A stretch of DNA of 64,000 nt from Gemmatimonadota bacterium (lineage in GTDB: Bacteria; JBHIER01; G020348925): NCBI GenBank assembly GCA_020348925.1, contig CP070758.1, positions 2,082,030-2,146,029 on the forward strand. The letters run 5' to 3'. A program made the position numbers and the translations under genes. Positions 49,726 through 60,714 of the stretch are shown here, one piece after another; the first letter of the stretch is position 1; the number at the start of each line of letters is the position of its first letter. Below the pieces are notes generated by a model that saw only the letters and a program-made list of their open reading frames with translations, was not told where the DNA came from and did not search any database.

Positions 49726-52506
49726 TTAGGAACCCAGGATAGAATTGACGATCGCAACGGCATCAAGAATGTTGACTGCACCATCCTCATTGAAATCCGC
49801 CGCCCAGTGTTGGATCGGTGTGGGAGAGATAAGTCCGAGTACGATGTTGACGGTCCAGATCACGTCGATGATGTTCACCTGACCATCCTCATTGACATCG
49901 CCCATGGTCTGCTCGTACCCGAGCCACTGGATGATCGTATCCAATAGGTTTCTTCGGAGCTCTTCACTGGTTCCCGTGGTTTCGGTAAGCCCTTCGAAGC
50001 CAAAGGCGAAATAGATCAAACGGTAATCACCGCTGTACCTCAATGCCGCCGATTCGTCCGAAGAGAGGTATGTGAAGACAGGATGTGCTCCCTGCAGCAC
50101 CGACATGGCATCGGGGCTGTTTTGTGAACCATCTAATGTGAGCATGTTGTACTGACCTGAGATGGGATCTCCGGGAATTCCTTCGAGGAATCCATTGCTC
50201 GACGTGCCGCTGACAAAGTGGGCGTGCAAGTAATTGGTGTAGAAATTCAGACCATGTTCTTGCTGGACCAGATCCTGGCCGATGTTTTGACCTGATATGA
50301 AAAGAGCGCCTCCGGTGTCCAGGAAATCGGCCAGGAGGTTTTGGTCGAGTTCGGTCAGTGTCGATTCCTCCTCCTGTCCTGTAAACCAGATGATGGTGGT
50401 GTGTCTCGCAAGAGTTCGTTCGTTTATGTGGTCCAACGAGGGAACATCCCATGTGTCGAAATCGTCACCGTTTAAGGTCAAGGAGTTGATGTATGGGGCG
50501 GCACTGTTTCCTTGGCCGTCGTCACAGACTAAAAGTATGTCGGCGATAGCGTTGAGGGGGACGTCAAAAGCAGTCTCCAGTGTTCGGTTGTCCGCATCGA
50601 CGACCCTGAGACTGAAGGAAGCGGTATCATCGTGCTGGCAGTCCGGCGATATTGCCAGGATGAACCCATCGTTGCAGGAAAGCGCGGTATCACCTTCGAT
50701 GTCGTTCCAATGTCCCGTGTCATCGATGAGGGAGACATAAGGATTGGGCTGTGCCAAGGAAAGGGAGGCAGTAATATTTTCGGACGGTCCGTCTCCGATA
50801 AATCCGATGTCGATCAGGATTTCGACGGTCTCACCGGCATCGGCGACATGATCTGAATTTCCGTCGCTCCCATCGAGGGTGTCGTCATCAATGGAGTAAT
50901 CGACATAATAGAAGATATTGTTCCCTGCAGTTATTACTGATGAAGCAGTTCCTCCTATCCAGTCGGAATAGGGCCCGTACGATTCCGTGAATCCTTGAAT
51001 CAGTCCTTTCGCCTGCACGCGGATCGTGTCAAAAACTGATGAGGACGCTGGGCTGCGAACCGTCCAGGAAACAGCTCCTTGGGTTCCTGAAGGGCCGATG
51101 GAAGGGCACATCTGGGTGGGTGCCATCTCCTCATACATGTATCCCTGGGGGAGTGACAGCGTCACCTGAGCATCCGCGGCAACGTATTGCCCTTCGAAAA
51201 GGGACGGCCCGAGATACGTAACCGAACAGGAGACAGTAAAGACAGTTTGTGTGGATACCTGATCGGGGACGTTCATAGTTAAAAGCCACGGAGCAACGAA
51301 GCAGCCCCAGCGGTCACTCACAAGCCAGAGGTTGTCAACGAGTATCCCTTGCGGGATGTAGAAGTCAGGACCGTTATCAGGCCAGGGATCGTGAAAGATG
51401 AAGACTTCGAGACTGTCATTGTACCCGGTCAGGAGCCGGTAATGACGGCTCGTATGGGAAATATTTCCCCACGTTCCGAGAATGATCGGATAATCCTGAC
51501 AGATAAGATGTTTCAGGTCTTCGTAGCGAAACTCCTGGTGTTCGGGATCTGACCACCAGGCTTCTGTTGCTTCGTACCCGAGTTCCCTCTCCCGATAGCC
51601 GATCAGGGATGGGTTCTGTATGGCCGTGCTGATGGAGCTGAAGTGAGCGGCCCGAAGAAGGTCATCTCTGTATGTCCCGTAGCTGGGGTCTTCGTTGGCC
51701 GCATCCCCGATGTCTTCCTGGCTGATGAGAGGACCGTAATAGTCAAAGAGCATCTGGAGGCACGCTTCGCCGCAGTACCAACCGGTCTCTTGATAGTGAA
51801 AGGGAACATTGCTGATGATATACGCCGGAGGAAGATCGATCCTTTTCCGGTCTTCTGTGTGCGGTACTCTTCTTCTGTTGTGGGGTTTTGGAAAGTCCAT
51901 GACGCTCTGTTCCAGAGCAGGCGCGATTTCAAATTTTCGGTGAACGCGTTGACTTCCACGGAGAGGTATAAAGAGCTCTTCTTTGGGTTCCGCTACCTCC
52001 CTGCTCGCGGAGTACCAGTACAAGCTCATGTCCGGAAATTCGATCAATAGACAGTGTGCCCGGAGTTCTCCGATGTTGTGATCCCTGCAGAATGTTTTCA
52101 TTTTTTGATGCGCCGCATAGGGCAGGAAAGGCAGAGTGTGCTCGCTTGCGTGGCACATTCTGTACCAGAGGCATTCAAAAGTCGATGCGTCGATGCCGAT
52201 GCGTGCGATCACCGTTCCGGTGATGGTTGTAACAGGTACCATATAATACAGCGGCGAGAGGCCCGGATAGGAATGGACGAGGATCGGTGCTCCGGCTGTC
52301 GCTCCGAACCAGTCAGGCAAACTTCCTGGAGATTCAGGATGGGCCTGGGAATACGTTGCAACTCTTTGGATCAGAAACGCAGCTGCGTTTTTCGCTGTGT
52401 CACTGTTGCTCTCCTTTGTTTGTGCTGATGAAGATTGAAAGAGAGAGCTCATGAGGAAAAGAACGTAAAAACAACAAACCGCATGCTGTACCCAAACTCT
52501 TTTCAT
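49726..52506 (-). CDS. Secreted C39-like cysteine peptidase with Ig-like, flavodoxin-like and C-terminal dockerin domains
   Basis: Signal peptide after MKRVW with RBS GGAGG; YQETGWYCGEAC (Q/C), HYRLLTGY (H), FHDPWP (D); ILLVCDD...IIWFTG...LFISGQNIG; GDVNEDGQVNIIDV...ADFNEDGAVNILDA. Confidence 0.85.
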   Translation of the reverse strand: MKRVWVQHAVCCFYVLFLMSSLFQSSSAQTKESNSDTAKNAAAFLIQRVATYSQAHPESPGSLPDWFGATAGAPILVHSYPGLSPLYYMVPVTTITGTVIARIGIDASTFECLWYRMCHASEHTLPFLPYAAHQKMKTFCRDHNIGELRAHCLLIEFPDMSLYWYSASREVAEPKEELFIPLRGSQRVHRKFEIAPALEQSVMDFPKPHNRRRVPHTEDRKRIDLPPAYIISNVPFHYQETGWYCGEACLQMLFDYYGPLISQEDIGDAANEDPSYGTYRDDLLRAAHFSSISTAIQNPSLIGYRERELGYEATEAWWSDPEHQEFRYEDLKHLICQDYPIILGTWGNISHTSRHYRLLTGYNDSLEVFIFHDPWPDNGPDFYIPQGILVDNLWLVSDRWGCFVAPWLLTMNVPDQVSTQTVFTVSCSVTYLGPSLFEGQYVAADAQVTLSLPQGYMYEEMAPTQMCPSIGPSGTQGAVSWTVRSPASSSVFDTIRVQAKGLIQGFTESYGPYSDWIGGTASSVITAGNNIFYYVDYSIDDDTLDGSDGNSDHVADAGETVEILIDIGFIGDGPSENITASLSLAQPNPYVSLIDDTGHWNDIEGDTALSCNDGFILAISPDCQHDDTASFSLRVVDADNRTLETAFDVPLNAIADILLVCDDGQGNSAAPYINSLTLNGDDFDTWDVPSLDHINERTLARHTTIIWFTGQEEESTLTELDQNLLADFLDTGGALFISGQNIGQDLVQQEHGLNFYTNYLHAHFVSGTSSNGFLEGIPGDPISGQYNMLTLDGSQNSPDAMSVLQGAHPVFTYLSSDESAALRYSGDYRLIYFAFGFEGLTETTGTSEELRRNLLDTIIQWLGYEQTMGDVNEDGQVNIIDVIWTVNIVLGLISPTPIQHWAADFNEDGAVNILDAVAIVNSILGS

Positions 52507-52872
52507 GAAAACCTCCAGGAGAGAGCAGACTTTTTGTTTGATCTCGGTTTGAAGAAGATTATGGAGACGACCCTCCCGTCGAAGCACACAACCCGCAAAT
52601 TCTATGCCCGTCCAACGGGAGAAACTCTAAAATTTTTTATTTCATTGAAAATTAAGTTGTTAGCCACATTCGAAAGGGAAAACGCTGGGGAAAAGAATTG
52701 CATGAGAGGAAAATCTTTGCACGAAAAAATAACCCTGACGACTCAAAATGCGTCTTGGGTGTGTATGAGCCATTTCACTAATTTATAGACCTGTCGGTGG
52801 TATTTCACCGCAGACAGAGTCCGAGGTGTTCGAAAGAGATTGGTCCGATCTCGGTTGGACAGGGAATAAAAC

Positions 52873-52900
52873 TTGACAAGGAACAAAGATTTGTTAATTT
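52873..52900 (+). promoter_or_regulatory. Sigma70-type promoter for bshA
   Basis: TTGACA-16 bp-TAATTT with TG extension. Confidence 0.45.
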
Positions 52901-53048
52901 TACTTGAAAATGCGGCGGGTTGTTGGACAGAAGGTATCCGGGATTCGATAGTATGAGGGATTCATATGAGTCACTTCGCTCGGAATGAAGCGGAAGACGC
53001 TCCTGATGGTGAGAAGAGAGACCCAGGCGAGTAAGGTTTTTCACGCTT

Positions 53049-54173
53049 ATGAAGATTGGAATCACATGTTATCCGACCTATGGAGGGAGCGGTACTGTCG
53101 CGACTGAGCTCGGACACGAGTTGGCAAAGCGGGGCCATCAGGTCCATTTCATCAGCTATTCACTCCCCTATCGGCTCAACGTCTACGACGAAAATATTTT
53201 CTTTCACGAAGTGACGCTCATGGCCTATCCGCTTTTCGAATACCCGCCCTATTCTCTGGCCCTGGCAGCAAAAATGGCGGAAGTCGCGGAGCGCGAGGAC
53301 CTCGATCTGCTCCATGTGCATTATGCCATCCCTCACGCCGTGTGCGCTTTTTTAGCCAAACAGTTATTGGGAACGGAACAACTGAAGGTGATCACCACCC
53401 TTCATGGGACCGATATTACGCTGGTGGGGAATGATACGTCGTTTTATTCCATCACGAAATGGAGTCTCGAACAGAGTGATGGGGTGACAGCCGTTTCACA
53501 CTCTCTGCGCGACGAGACGGTCCGTCATTTTTGCTGTGAGGATGAGATTACTGTCATTCCAAATTTCGTTGACACGCAGCACTTTCGTCGGGATCGAGTT
53601 CAAGCGGAACGGACTCATTTCGCACGTCGGACTGAAAAAATTATATGTCATATTTCCAACTTTCGACCCGTGAAGCGAGTGGGAGATGTTATTCGGGTTT
53701 TTTCTCGGATTCAATCCGAAGTGCCAGCGAAGCTTCTTTTAATTGGGGATGGTCCAGACCGCTCGCTGGCTCAGAGCTTGAGCCAGGAATTGAATATATC
53801 GGATAGAGTAATGTTTCTGGGGAGGCAGGAGAGCGTCGCTGAACTGTTGGCAATTTCCGATCTTCTGTTGCTTCCCAGCGAAAAGGAGAGCTTCGGGCTG
53901 GCTGCGTTGGAGGCCATGAGTTGCCAGGTGCCTGTGATCGCATCGAAGACCGGAGGACTGCCTGAACTCATTAGCCATGGGGAGACGGGGTTCTTGGCTG
54001 CTGTGGGTGATGTTGCTGCCATGGCTCGCTTCGGAGTTCAGATTTTGTCTGATGATGCGCTCCGAGAGAATCTTGGAACGCATGGCCGGCAAAGAGTTTT
54101 GAAACAATTTACCACAGATTACGTTGTTCCTATGTATGAAGATCTCTATCGAGAGATGATCGGCCGTTCGTAG
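53049..54173 (+). CDS. bshA: N-acetyl-alpha-D-glucosaminyl L-malate synthase
   Basis: MKIGITCYPTYGGSG, HVHYAIPHA, TTLHGTDITLVG, HISNFRPVKR, ESFGLAALEAM. Confidence 0.96.
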   Translation: MKIGITCYPTYGGSGTVATELGHELAKRGHQVHFISYSLPYRLNVYDENIFFHEVTLMAYPLFEYPPYSLALAAKMAEVAEREDLDLLHVHYAIPHAVCAFLAKQLLGTEQLKVITTLHGTDITLVGNDTSFYSITKWSLEQSDGVTAVSHSLRDETVRHFCCEDEITVIPNFVDTQHFRRDRVQAERTHFARRTEKIICHISNFRPVKRVGDVIRVFSRIQSEVPAKLLLIGDGPDRSLAQSLSQELNISDRVMFLGRQESVAELLAISDLLLLPSEKESFGLAALEAMSCQVPVIASKTGGLPELISHGETGFLAAVGDVAAMARFGVQILSDDALRENLGTHGRQRVLKQFTTDYVVPMYEDLYREMIGRS

Positions 54174-54212
54174 TTGCTTTCAATTGTCAAGGAAACAGGG
54201 GAGAAGGAGTGT

Positions 54213-54659
54213 ATGATGGCGAATAAGAGTGAAAAATCGTTTGGAGGATTAGGGGCATTGAGCGAGGAGATGGACACCCTTTTTGAAAGTATTTTCGGTC
54301 TGCGGCATCCGGTATTGGAAGCGAAGGGCATCTGGCATCCACCGCTGGACGTTATTGAAACAGAGACGGAGTACGTGGTCAGTATTGATATTGCCGGTAT
54401 CCGTCAGGAGGATGTGCGCCTGACATATGAAGCAGGATTACTGATCGTTCGCGGGATCAGGCGTGAAATCGATTACGGACCCGAACGACACTTTCACATT
54501 ATGGAAATCGATTGCGGTCCCTTCGAGCGAAGAATAAAGTTGCCCAAAGCCGTCGACAGTGAGGCCATCGAGGCAACGTACAAGGACGGCATTCTGGAAG
54601 TTCGGCTGGAGAAGAAATCAGAACCGTCGGAAGAAACGGTTATCATTGAAGTTGAATAA
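54213..54659 (+). CDS. Hsp20/alpha-crystallin small heat-shock protein
   Basis: WHPPLDVIE, GPFERRIKLP, ATYKDGILEVRL. Confidence 0.92.
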   Translation: MMANKSEKSFGGLGALSEEMDTLFESIFGLRHPVLEAKGIWHPPLDVIETETEYVVSIDIAGIRQEDVRLTYEAGLLIVRGIRREIDYGPERHFHIMEIDCGPFERRIKLPKAVDSEAIEATYKDGILEVRLEKKSEPSEETVIIEVE

Positions 54660-54734
54660 TGTGCGAACTCGAACGGTTCATCCCTTTTTGTCCCAAGAGG
54701 TGCGTTTCAAAATATTCAACAGAGAAGCGATCAG

Positions 54735-57116
54735 ATGACAGAGATTGAAAAAAAAGACGAGTCTTTCGAAGGAGTTCCCGAGGTGCCGAGTGCACTCCCT
54801 ATTCTCCCAGTGAACCATGTTATATTTCCATATATCATCGCACCCCTAGCTGTGGAAGATCCAAAAAATGTGGCCATGATCAATGAGATCCTGACCGGCA
54901 ATAAACTGGTGGCTCTTTTCGCCGAGCGGGAAGGAAAGGGATCTGAAGGAAGAAGAAAGAGACAGTTGTATTCGATTGGTACGATGGTCACCATCATACG
55001 AATGTTTACGGTACCTGACGGGAGTCTGCGTCTGTTGGTCCGAGGACTCTCACGCATTCGGCTGGTCAAGATCACTCAATCAGAACCGTTTTTGAAAGGA
55101 ACGATGAAACCGGTTGCTGAGGTGGGGGAGAAGACTCTTGAAATGGAAGCTCTCAAGAGAAATGCGACGGATCTTTTCGATAAGATGGTCAACCTTTCAC
55201 CCAATCTACCGGAAGAACTCACTGTTGCGGTGATGAATGTTCAGGAGCCTGGCAGGGTTGCGGATTTCATCGCTTCGAACATAAACCTTGATCTTCAGGA
55301 GCAGCAGGAGATTCTGAAAACACTTCATGTCGCTGATCGCCTGAAAAAGCTGACGATTGCCATGAATCGGGAGTTGAAAGTTCTCGAGCTCAGCAACAAG
55401 ATCCAGACGCAGGTCAAGAAGGGTATGGACAAAACCCAGAGAGAGTATTTTCTACGAGAACAGCTGAAGGCGATCCAGGAAGAGCTCGGTGAAGGTGACG
55501 AGCGGACCATGGAGATCAATGAACTTCGGGAGAAAATTTCCAATGCGCAGATGCCGCAACAGGTACTGGAGGTTGCAGAAAAAGAGCTGAATCGATTGAT
55601 GAAGATGCCGCCGGCTGCGGCTGAGTATACGGTTTCCCGAACATACCTCGATTGGCTGATGGCGCTTCCCTGGGCGAAAAGCACGAAAGACAGACTCGAC
55701 ATGAAAAAGGCGATGAGGATTCTTGACAAAGATCATTATGGTCTGGATGAGATCAAGGACCGCATTGTGGAATTCATCGCCGTGCGAAAATTAAAAGAGA
55801 GCACCAAGGGTCCGATTCTCTGTTTTGTTGGCCCGCCGGGAGTAGGGAAAACCTCGCTCGGTCGATCCATCGCTCGCGCCATGGGACGGAGGTTTATTCG
55901 CATGTCCCTCGGAGGTATGCGCGATGAGGCGGAAATTCGGGGTCACAGACGGACATACGTCGGGGCTCTGCCCGGACGGATCATTCAGGGAATTCGTCAG
56001 GCGGGCTCGAACAATCCTCTTTTCATGCTGGATGAAGTGGATAAGATCGGTATGGATTTTCGTGGGGATCCCGCTTCGGCTCTCCTGGAGGTTTTAGACC
56101 CAGAACAAAATGCGACCTTCTCAGATCACTACCTCGAGGTACCCTTCGACCTCTCACGAGTTATGTTTGTTACCACGGCGAACATTCTGGATACTGTACC
56201 GGCGGCACTCAGAGACAGGATGGAGGTCCTCAGTTTAGCGGGATATACCGATGAAGAAAAATTCCAGATCGCAAAGAAGTATTTGATTCCGAAACAATTG
56301 GAGGAGAATGGGCTCCTCAGAAAGCAGTTGACCTTTCGTCCCGGTTCAGTGAAGCGTATTATTCACGAATATACGCGGGAAGCGGGTTTGCGGAACCTGG
56401 AACGAGAGATCGGGAGTATTTGTCGAAAGGTTGCACGGCGCATCGCAGAAGGGGAGATGACGTCGACGAGCGTGACCAGAGAGACGGTTCCCGACTATTT
56501 AGGTCCACGCAAGTTCTACTCGGAGGTCGCGAGTCGTTTGGATGAAGTGGGCGTGGCCACGGGCTTAGCCTGGACGCCTGTTGGGGGTGAGGTGCTCTTT
56601 ATTGAGTCGACCTCAATGAGAGGTGGGAACAGGCTGTCTCTTACGGGTCATTTAGGAGACGTGATGAAGGAGTCCGCTCAGGCGGCTCTCAGTTACTTGC
56701 GTTCGCGGGCAGATGGCATGGAGATCTCTGAATCCTACTTTTCAGAACATGATCTCCATATCCACGTCCCGGCAGGAGCGATTCCGAAGGACGGACCGTC
56801 GGCCGGACTGGCCATTGCCACATCCCTGGTTTCCTTGCTCACGGGAAAGCCGGTTCGACGAGACGTTGCGATGACCGGTGAGATCACCTTGCGGGGTAGA
56901 GTGCTTCCCGTTGGCGGTATCAAGGAGAAAATCCTGGCGGCCCATAGAGCAGGTATCAAACATCTCATTTTACCGCTCCTCAATGAAAGAGACTTGGAAA
57001 AGGTCCCGGAGCAGATTCGCAAAGAACTGACCGTTACATTTGTGGACACGATAGATCAGGCATGGAACGTTGCCTTGAGAGATGGTGCGTTCCGCAAGGC
57101 AGCTCTTACAAAATAA
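54735..57116 (+). CDS. lon: ATP-dependent protease La (LonA)
   Basis: [52 protein letters not shown]. Confidence 0.96.
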   Translation: MTEIEKKDESFEGVPEVPSALPILPVNHVIFPYIIAPLAVEDPKNVAMINEILTGNKLVALFAEREGKGSEGRRKRQLYSIGTMVTIIRMFTVPDGSLRLLVRGLSRIRLVKITQSEPFLKGTMKPVAEVGEKTLEMEALKRNATDLFDKMVNLSPNLPEELTVAVMNVQEPGRVADFIASNINLDLQEQQEILKTLHVADRLKKLTIAMNRELKVLELSNKIQTQVKKGMDKTQREYFLREQLKAIQEELGEGDERTMEINELREKISNAQMPQQVLEVAEKELNRLMKMPPAAAEYTVSRTYLDWLMALPWAKSTKDRLDMKKAMRILDKDHYGLDEIKDRIVEFIAVRKLKESTKGPILCFVGPPGVGKTSLGRSIARAMGRRFIRMSLGGMRDEAEIRGHRRTYVGALPGRIIQGIRQAGSNNPLFMLDEVDKIGMDFRGDPASALLEVLDPEQNATFSDHYLEVPFDLSRVMFVTTANILDTVPAALRDRMEVLSLAGYTDEEKFQIAKKYLIPKQLEENGLLRKQLTFRPGSVKRIIHEYTREAGLRNLEREIGSICRKVARRIAEGEMTSTSVTRETVPDYLGPRKFYSEVASRLDEVGVATGLAWTPVGGEVLFIESTSMRGGNRLSLTGHLGDVMKESAQAALSYLRSRADGMEISESYFSEHDLHIHVPAGAIPKDGPSAGLAIATSLVSLLTGKPVRRDVAMTGEITLRGRVLPVGGIKEKILAAHRAGIKHLILPLLNERDLEKVPEQIRKELTVTFVDTIDQAWNVALRDGAFRKAALTK

Positions 57117-57262
57117 AGTCTTGCTAAGTAAACCGTCGTGACAAATTTCCTTTGCGCCGGTTTGTCCTCGCTGGATCACGATGCGGAGTGTCGGTCTTCA
57201 TTCGATCGTCGTGTGGGGCGTTCGAATATGAGCATGATTCCTAACCTGGTTTATTCATGAGC

Positions 57263-57368
57263 TGTCATTCCGGCCCCCGTAATAGAATACGGGGTAAACT
57301 CCGTGCCGGAATCTCCTCGATTGATGCAACGGATTCTCTGTTCAGGAGATTGCGGGATAAACCCGGAA
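57263..57368. repeat. REP-like palindromic element cut by the gap
   Basis: TGTCATTCCGGC...GCCGGAATCTCCT...AGGAGATT...CCCGGAA, with internal hairpin CCCCGTA..TACGGGG. Confidence 0.6.
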
Positions 57369-57468
57369 NNNNNNNNNNNNNNNNNNNNNNNNNNNNNNNN
57401 NNNNNNNNNNNNNNNNNNNNNNNNNNNNNNNNNNNNNNNNNNNNNNNNNNNNNNNNNNNNNNNNNNNN
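57369..57468. other. Assembly gap (100 N)
   Basis: Run of n. Confidence 1.
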
Positions 57469-58212
57469 ATCGATGGCGTACTTTTCCCAATCGGAGAGAG
57501 GGGTTTGAGGTGAAACGACGACGAGGACGGCAATCTCCTCGGGGATCGTGTTTCCGGCGCTCAAATCCACCTGGGTTAGGGTGTATTGCCGTTGAAGCGA
57601 CCCTGTGACGGTATTCAGATCCGTCGTCATTTCAGGTTCGTCGTGACCGGTTAAAAACCCCACCGTCATCAATTCCTCGCTGGTGATCCGCTTTACGGCG
57701 GCCGTCAAATCGTACTCCAACCCTTGCACGCTCTTAATAACCGGCATGACCTCGCTCTTATCCTCATAGAGCATGACGAGCCCCATGTACACCTGTTTGA
57801 TCTCGATCTTATCATTGGCCACGACGTTCACCTGGAGGGGAGGAATTCGGTAGCTCTGTGCTTCCCGCTCCAACTTCTCCTCGCTGCCGGGATCGATGAA
57901 CTCATACTGAAATTTCCCCTTGGAATAGGCCTTGTATTCGTCCAGTTGATCCCTCAGATAGCGGGACTGATTGTTGTACGGTGACGGAAGATCGTCACTG
58001 AAATACGCTTTGACCACCAGCTTGTCATCCAGGTTTCGGACTGTCTCTTTGCTGGCCTTCGACAGGGAAAAGAGATGTCCCTCAGTCAAATCGAGCCTCC
58101 GGAAGACGTTCAAGGAGAATAGATTGAGGATGACGACTATGCCTGCCACAAGCAGAAGCGTGGTCGCCGAATTGATGTCAAACTGTCCTCTGGATTTTGT
58201 CTTATCTTTCAT
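57469..58212 (-). CDS. GldG-like ABC transporter auxiliary component, 3'-truncated at the gap
   Basis: RLDLTEGHLFSLS, YEFIDP, LEYDLT, GFLTGHDE, LVVVSPQ. Confidence 0.85.
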
Positions 58213-58252
58213 TGCCTCTCACCACTTTGAAAATAATGTTATCCTTTACACG

Positions 58253-58966
58253 TTACGCCGATTTTCTACTGGCCAGAGTCCTCGTTGCCAGGAAGAGACC
58301 GAGGAATATGAGGGAGAGATAGTAGATGAGATCGCGGGAATCGATGACACCTCTGGCAATATTGGCGAAATGATTGTTAATGGATACATATTCGAGAATT
58401 GAGACCAGGCCACTGGGAACCAGCATGAGGATTTTATCCAGCATGAAAAGAGCAAAGATGATGGCCAGACTGATGATGAAGGCCACAATCTGGTTCTCCG
58501 TCATGCTTGAGATGTAGACACCAATGGCCAAGTACGAAGCTCCCATGAGAATCAGGCCGAGGTACCCACCCACAATGGAACCCCCATCCGCGTTGCCCAG
58601 TATCGAGATGGTCAGTGGATATGTGAACGTCAACAGGATGGCCGTCAGAAGCAGCACGAAGGCGGCAAGATATTTACCGAGGATGACCTCGCTGTCCCTG
58701 ATGGGCATGGTGACGAGGACCTCCAGGGTACCGGATCGCTTCTCCTCGGCGATGAGGCGCATGGTCATGGCCGGGACGAAGAGCGTCAGGAAGAAGGGGA
58801 CCCAGAATCCGAAGACGGAGCGCAAATCGGCCTGGTTTTGAAGAAACAGTGTGCTGCCGAAAAAGTATCCTGATAATAGCAGAAAAAGGGTGATGAAGAT
58901 GTAGGCAATGGGTGAGTTAAAATAGGATCTGACCTCTTTTTTGAATATAGAGTAGATATTGTTCAT
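58253..58966 (-). CDS. GldF-like ABC-2 permease
   Basis: KEVRSYFNSPIAY, TMRLIAEEKRSGTLEVL, ILGKYLA, TENQIVA, RGVIDSRD. Confidence 0.9.
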   Translation of the reverse strand: MNNIYSIFKKEVRSYFNSPIAYIFITLFLLLSGYFFGSTLFLQNQADLRSVFGFWVPFFLTLFVPAMTMRLIAEEKRSGTLEVLVTMPIRDSEVILGKYLAAFVLLLTAILLTFTYPLTISILGNADGGSIVGGYLGLILMGASYLAIGVYISSMTENQIVAFIISLAIIFALFMLDKILMLVPSGLVSILEYVSINNHFANIARGVIDSRDLIYYLSLIFLGLFLATRTLASRKSA

Positions 58967-58975
58967 TGTTCACTC

Positions 58976-59911
58976 TCACTCCGATTTTGTTAATTCGCGA
59001 AAGACGTTCTCCAAACTGACCTGTTCACGGTGCATTTCAAAGATTGTCCACCGTTTCTCAACGGCCAGGTGAAACAGGCTTTCTCTGATATCCGTGCCTC
59101 TTTGGGACTCCACAGCGTAGCGCCTCAGGTTGCCGGTCTCAACTCCCTTATCCTCCACCTTGGACACGTTTTCCAGATTGGCAAGAGCGGCCGGCACGTC
59201 ATCCTCTGGAGCCTTGAGCACGAGATGGACCAACTCCTGGCCCTGAAAGCTGCTCTGAAGTTCCTCGGGTGTCCCGTCGGCGACCAGTTTCCCCTGGTGG
59301 ATGATGACGACCCGGTCACAGGTGGCTTGAACCTCCGGGAGAATGTGGGTGGAGAGAATAACGGTCTTCTCTTTTCCCAGCTCCTTGATGAGGTTTCTGA
59401 TTTCGACGATCTGGTTGGGGTCAAGACCCACGGTCGGTTCATCGAGGACCAGGATCTCCGGATCATGAACCATGGCTCGGGCCAGTCCGACCCGCTGCCG
59501 GAATCCTTTGGACAACTCCCCGATGTCCTGATGGAGGACGGTGCCCACTCCGCACAGCTCGATGATGTTCTTGAGACGTTGGGTGCGCTCTGCCGGAGGT
59601 ATGCCCCTCAATTCAGCGATAAAATAAAGATAGTCGACCGTATTCATGTCGTGGTAGAGAGGATTATCCTCGGGCATGTAGCCGAGCATGCGCCGGATCT
59701 CGAGGGAATGATCGAAGACGTTCATATCGCCCACCTCCACGGTGCCTGATGTCGGAGGCATGTAGCAGGTGATGATCTTCATGGTCGTCGTTTTGCCGGC
59801 GGCATTGGGGCCGAGAAATCCCAGAATTTCACCCGCCTTTACCTCGAAGGTGATGTCATCCACGGCCCTCAAAGATCCGTAGTGTTTCGATAAATTGGTA
59901 ATAGTAATCAT
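58976..59911 (-). CDS. GldA-like ABC transporter ATP-binding protein
   Basis: GPNAAGKTT, LSKGFRQRVGLA, LDEPTVGLDPNQ, STHIL. Confidence 0.92.
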   Translation of the reverse strand: MITITNLSKHYGSLRAVDDITFEVKAGEILGFLGPNAAGKTTTMKIITCYMPPTSGTVEVGDMNVFDHSLEIRRMLGYMPEDNPLYHDMNTVDYLYFIAELRGIPPAERTQRLKNIIELCGVGTVLHQDIGELSKGFRQRVGLARAMVHDPEILVLDEPTVGLDPNQIVEIRNLIKELGKEKTVILSTHILPEVQATCDRVVIIHQGKLVADGTPEELQSSFQGQELVHLVLKAPEDDVPAALANLENVSKVEDKGVETGNLRRYAVESQRGTDIRESLFHLAVEKRWTIFEMHREQVSLENVFRELTKSE

Positions 59912-60082
59912 CTTTCCGTTCCTGTAGCTTTATTTGTAATAGTTATCAACCTTCTCTTAACGTTTCTAACGTATACATTTTTCATATCCGTTCCCGTGCC
60001 ATGTATGAGCTGTGTTGTCCCTCAGTAGTATTCCAAAATAATAGTAGTGTTTAAAGACTCCGTTTCCAAAAAATGGTTCCAA

Positions 60083-60110
60083 AATATACAAAAAAATTCC
60101 ACGGAGTCAA
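60083..60110 (-). promoter_or_regulatory. Sigma70-type promoter for the ABC operon
   Basis: Minus strand TTGACT-16 bp-TATATT. Confidence 0.5.
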
Positions 60111-60635
60111 GGGAAAACCGGTCCGCGAGGCGGAGGAAGGCGGTAGAAAAGTAACATTATGTGTGTATTGAGGATAAGATCGGGAGAAGGCGGAATGAGA
60201 AAAAATGTGAAATCGCGACGGCACAGAATCCGTGGCTCTCGTCTCAAAAGGTCGGCTTGAGCCAGCATGTCATTGCCAGCAGTACCAAACGAAATGTTAG
60301 AAGCCGCTTCTGACAGGTTGTTACAGACTCAGGACCATCACCAGATTTCTCCACGAAGTTTGCCTCGGACTTGTCCCGAGGGTGCGGTCTCACCCCAACT
60401 TCTCAAGCGGTCCTTGCATGAGAATTCCAAGGCGAAGCTTTCTTCTACGACATGAAGTTGCTTCATTCTACCATGCATCGCACGGCCCTCCTCGCTATGA
60501 CGAGATGAATGCAGGACCATCTTGTTTCGAACGCGTCGAGCGTCGTGGTGGTGAAGCGGTCATCTCCTGGACACCTGGGGTATGGGGAACGAGATGTTGC
60601 GCTCCGGAAGATGTGGACCATCGTATTTTTAAATC

Positions 60636-60665
60636 TTGCATGAAACAAACGGTTTTTCGTATATT
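60636..60665 (+). promoter_or_regulatory. Sigma70-type promoter for the histone gene
   Basis: TTGCAT-18 bp-TATATT about 50 nt upstream of the ATG at 60715. Confidence 0.45.
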
Positions 60666-60714
60666 AAGAAACGGTGCTTGTGTTATGAAGGCTTCAAATC
60701 AAAGGAGGGCTATT

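Noticed and set aside
60382-60714. N-terminal 111 aa of the 181-aa ORF
   Set aside because: Not protein-like; the strong RBS and promoter-like motif point to the ATG at 60715.
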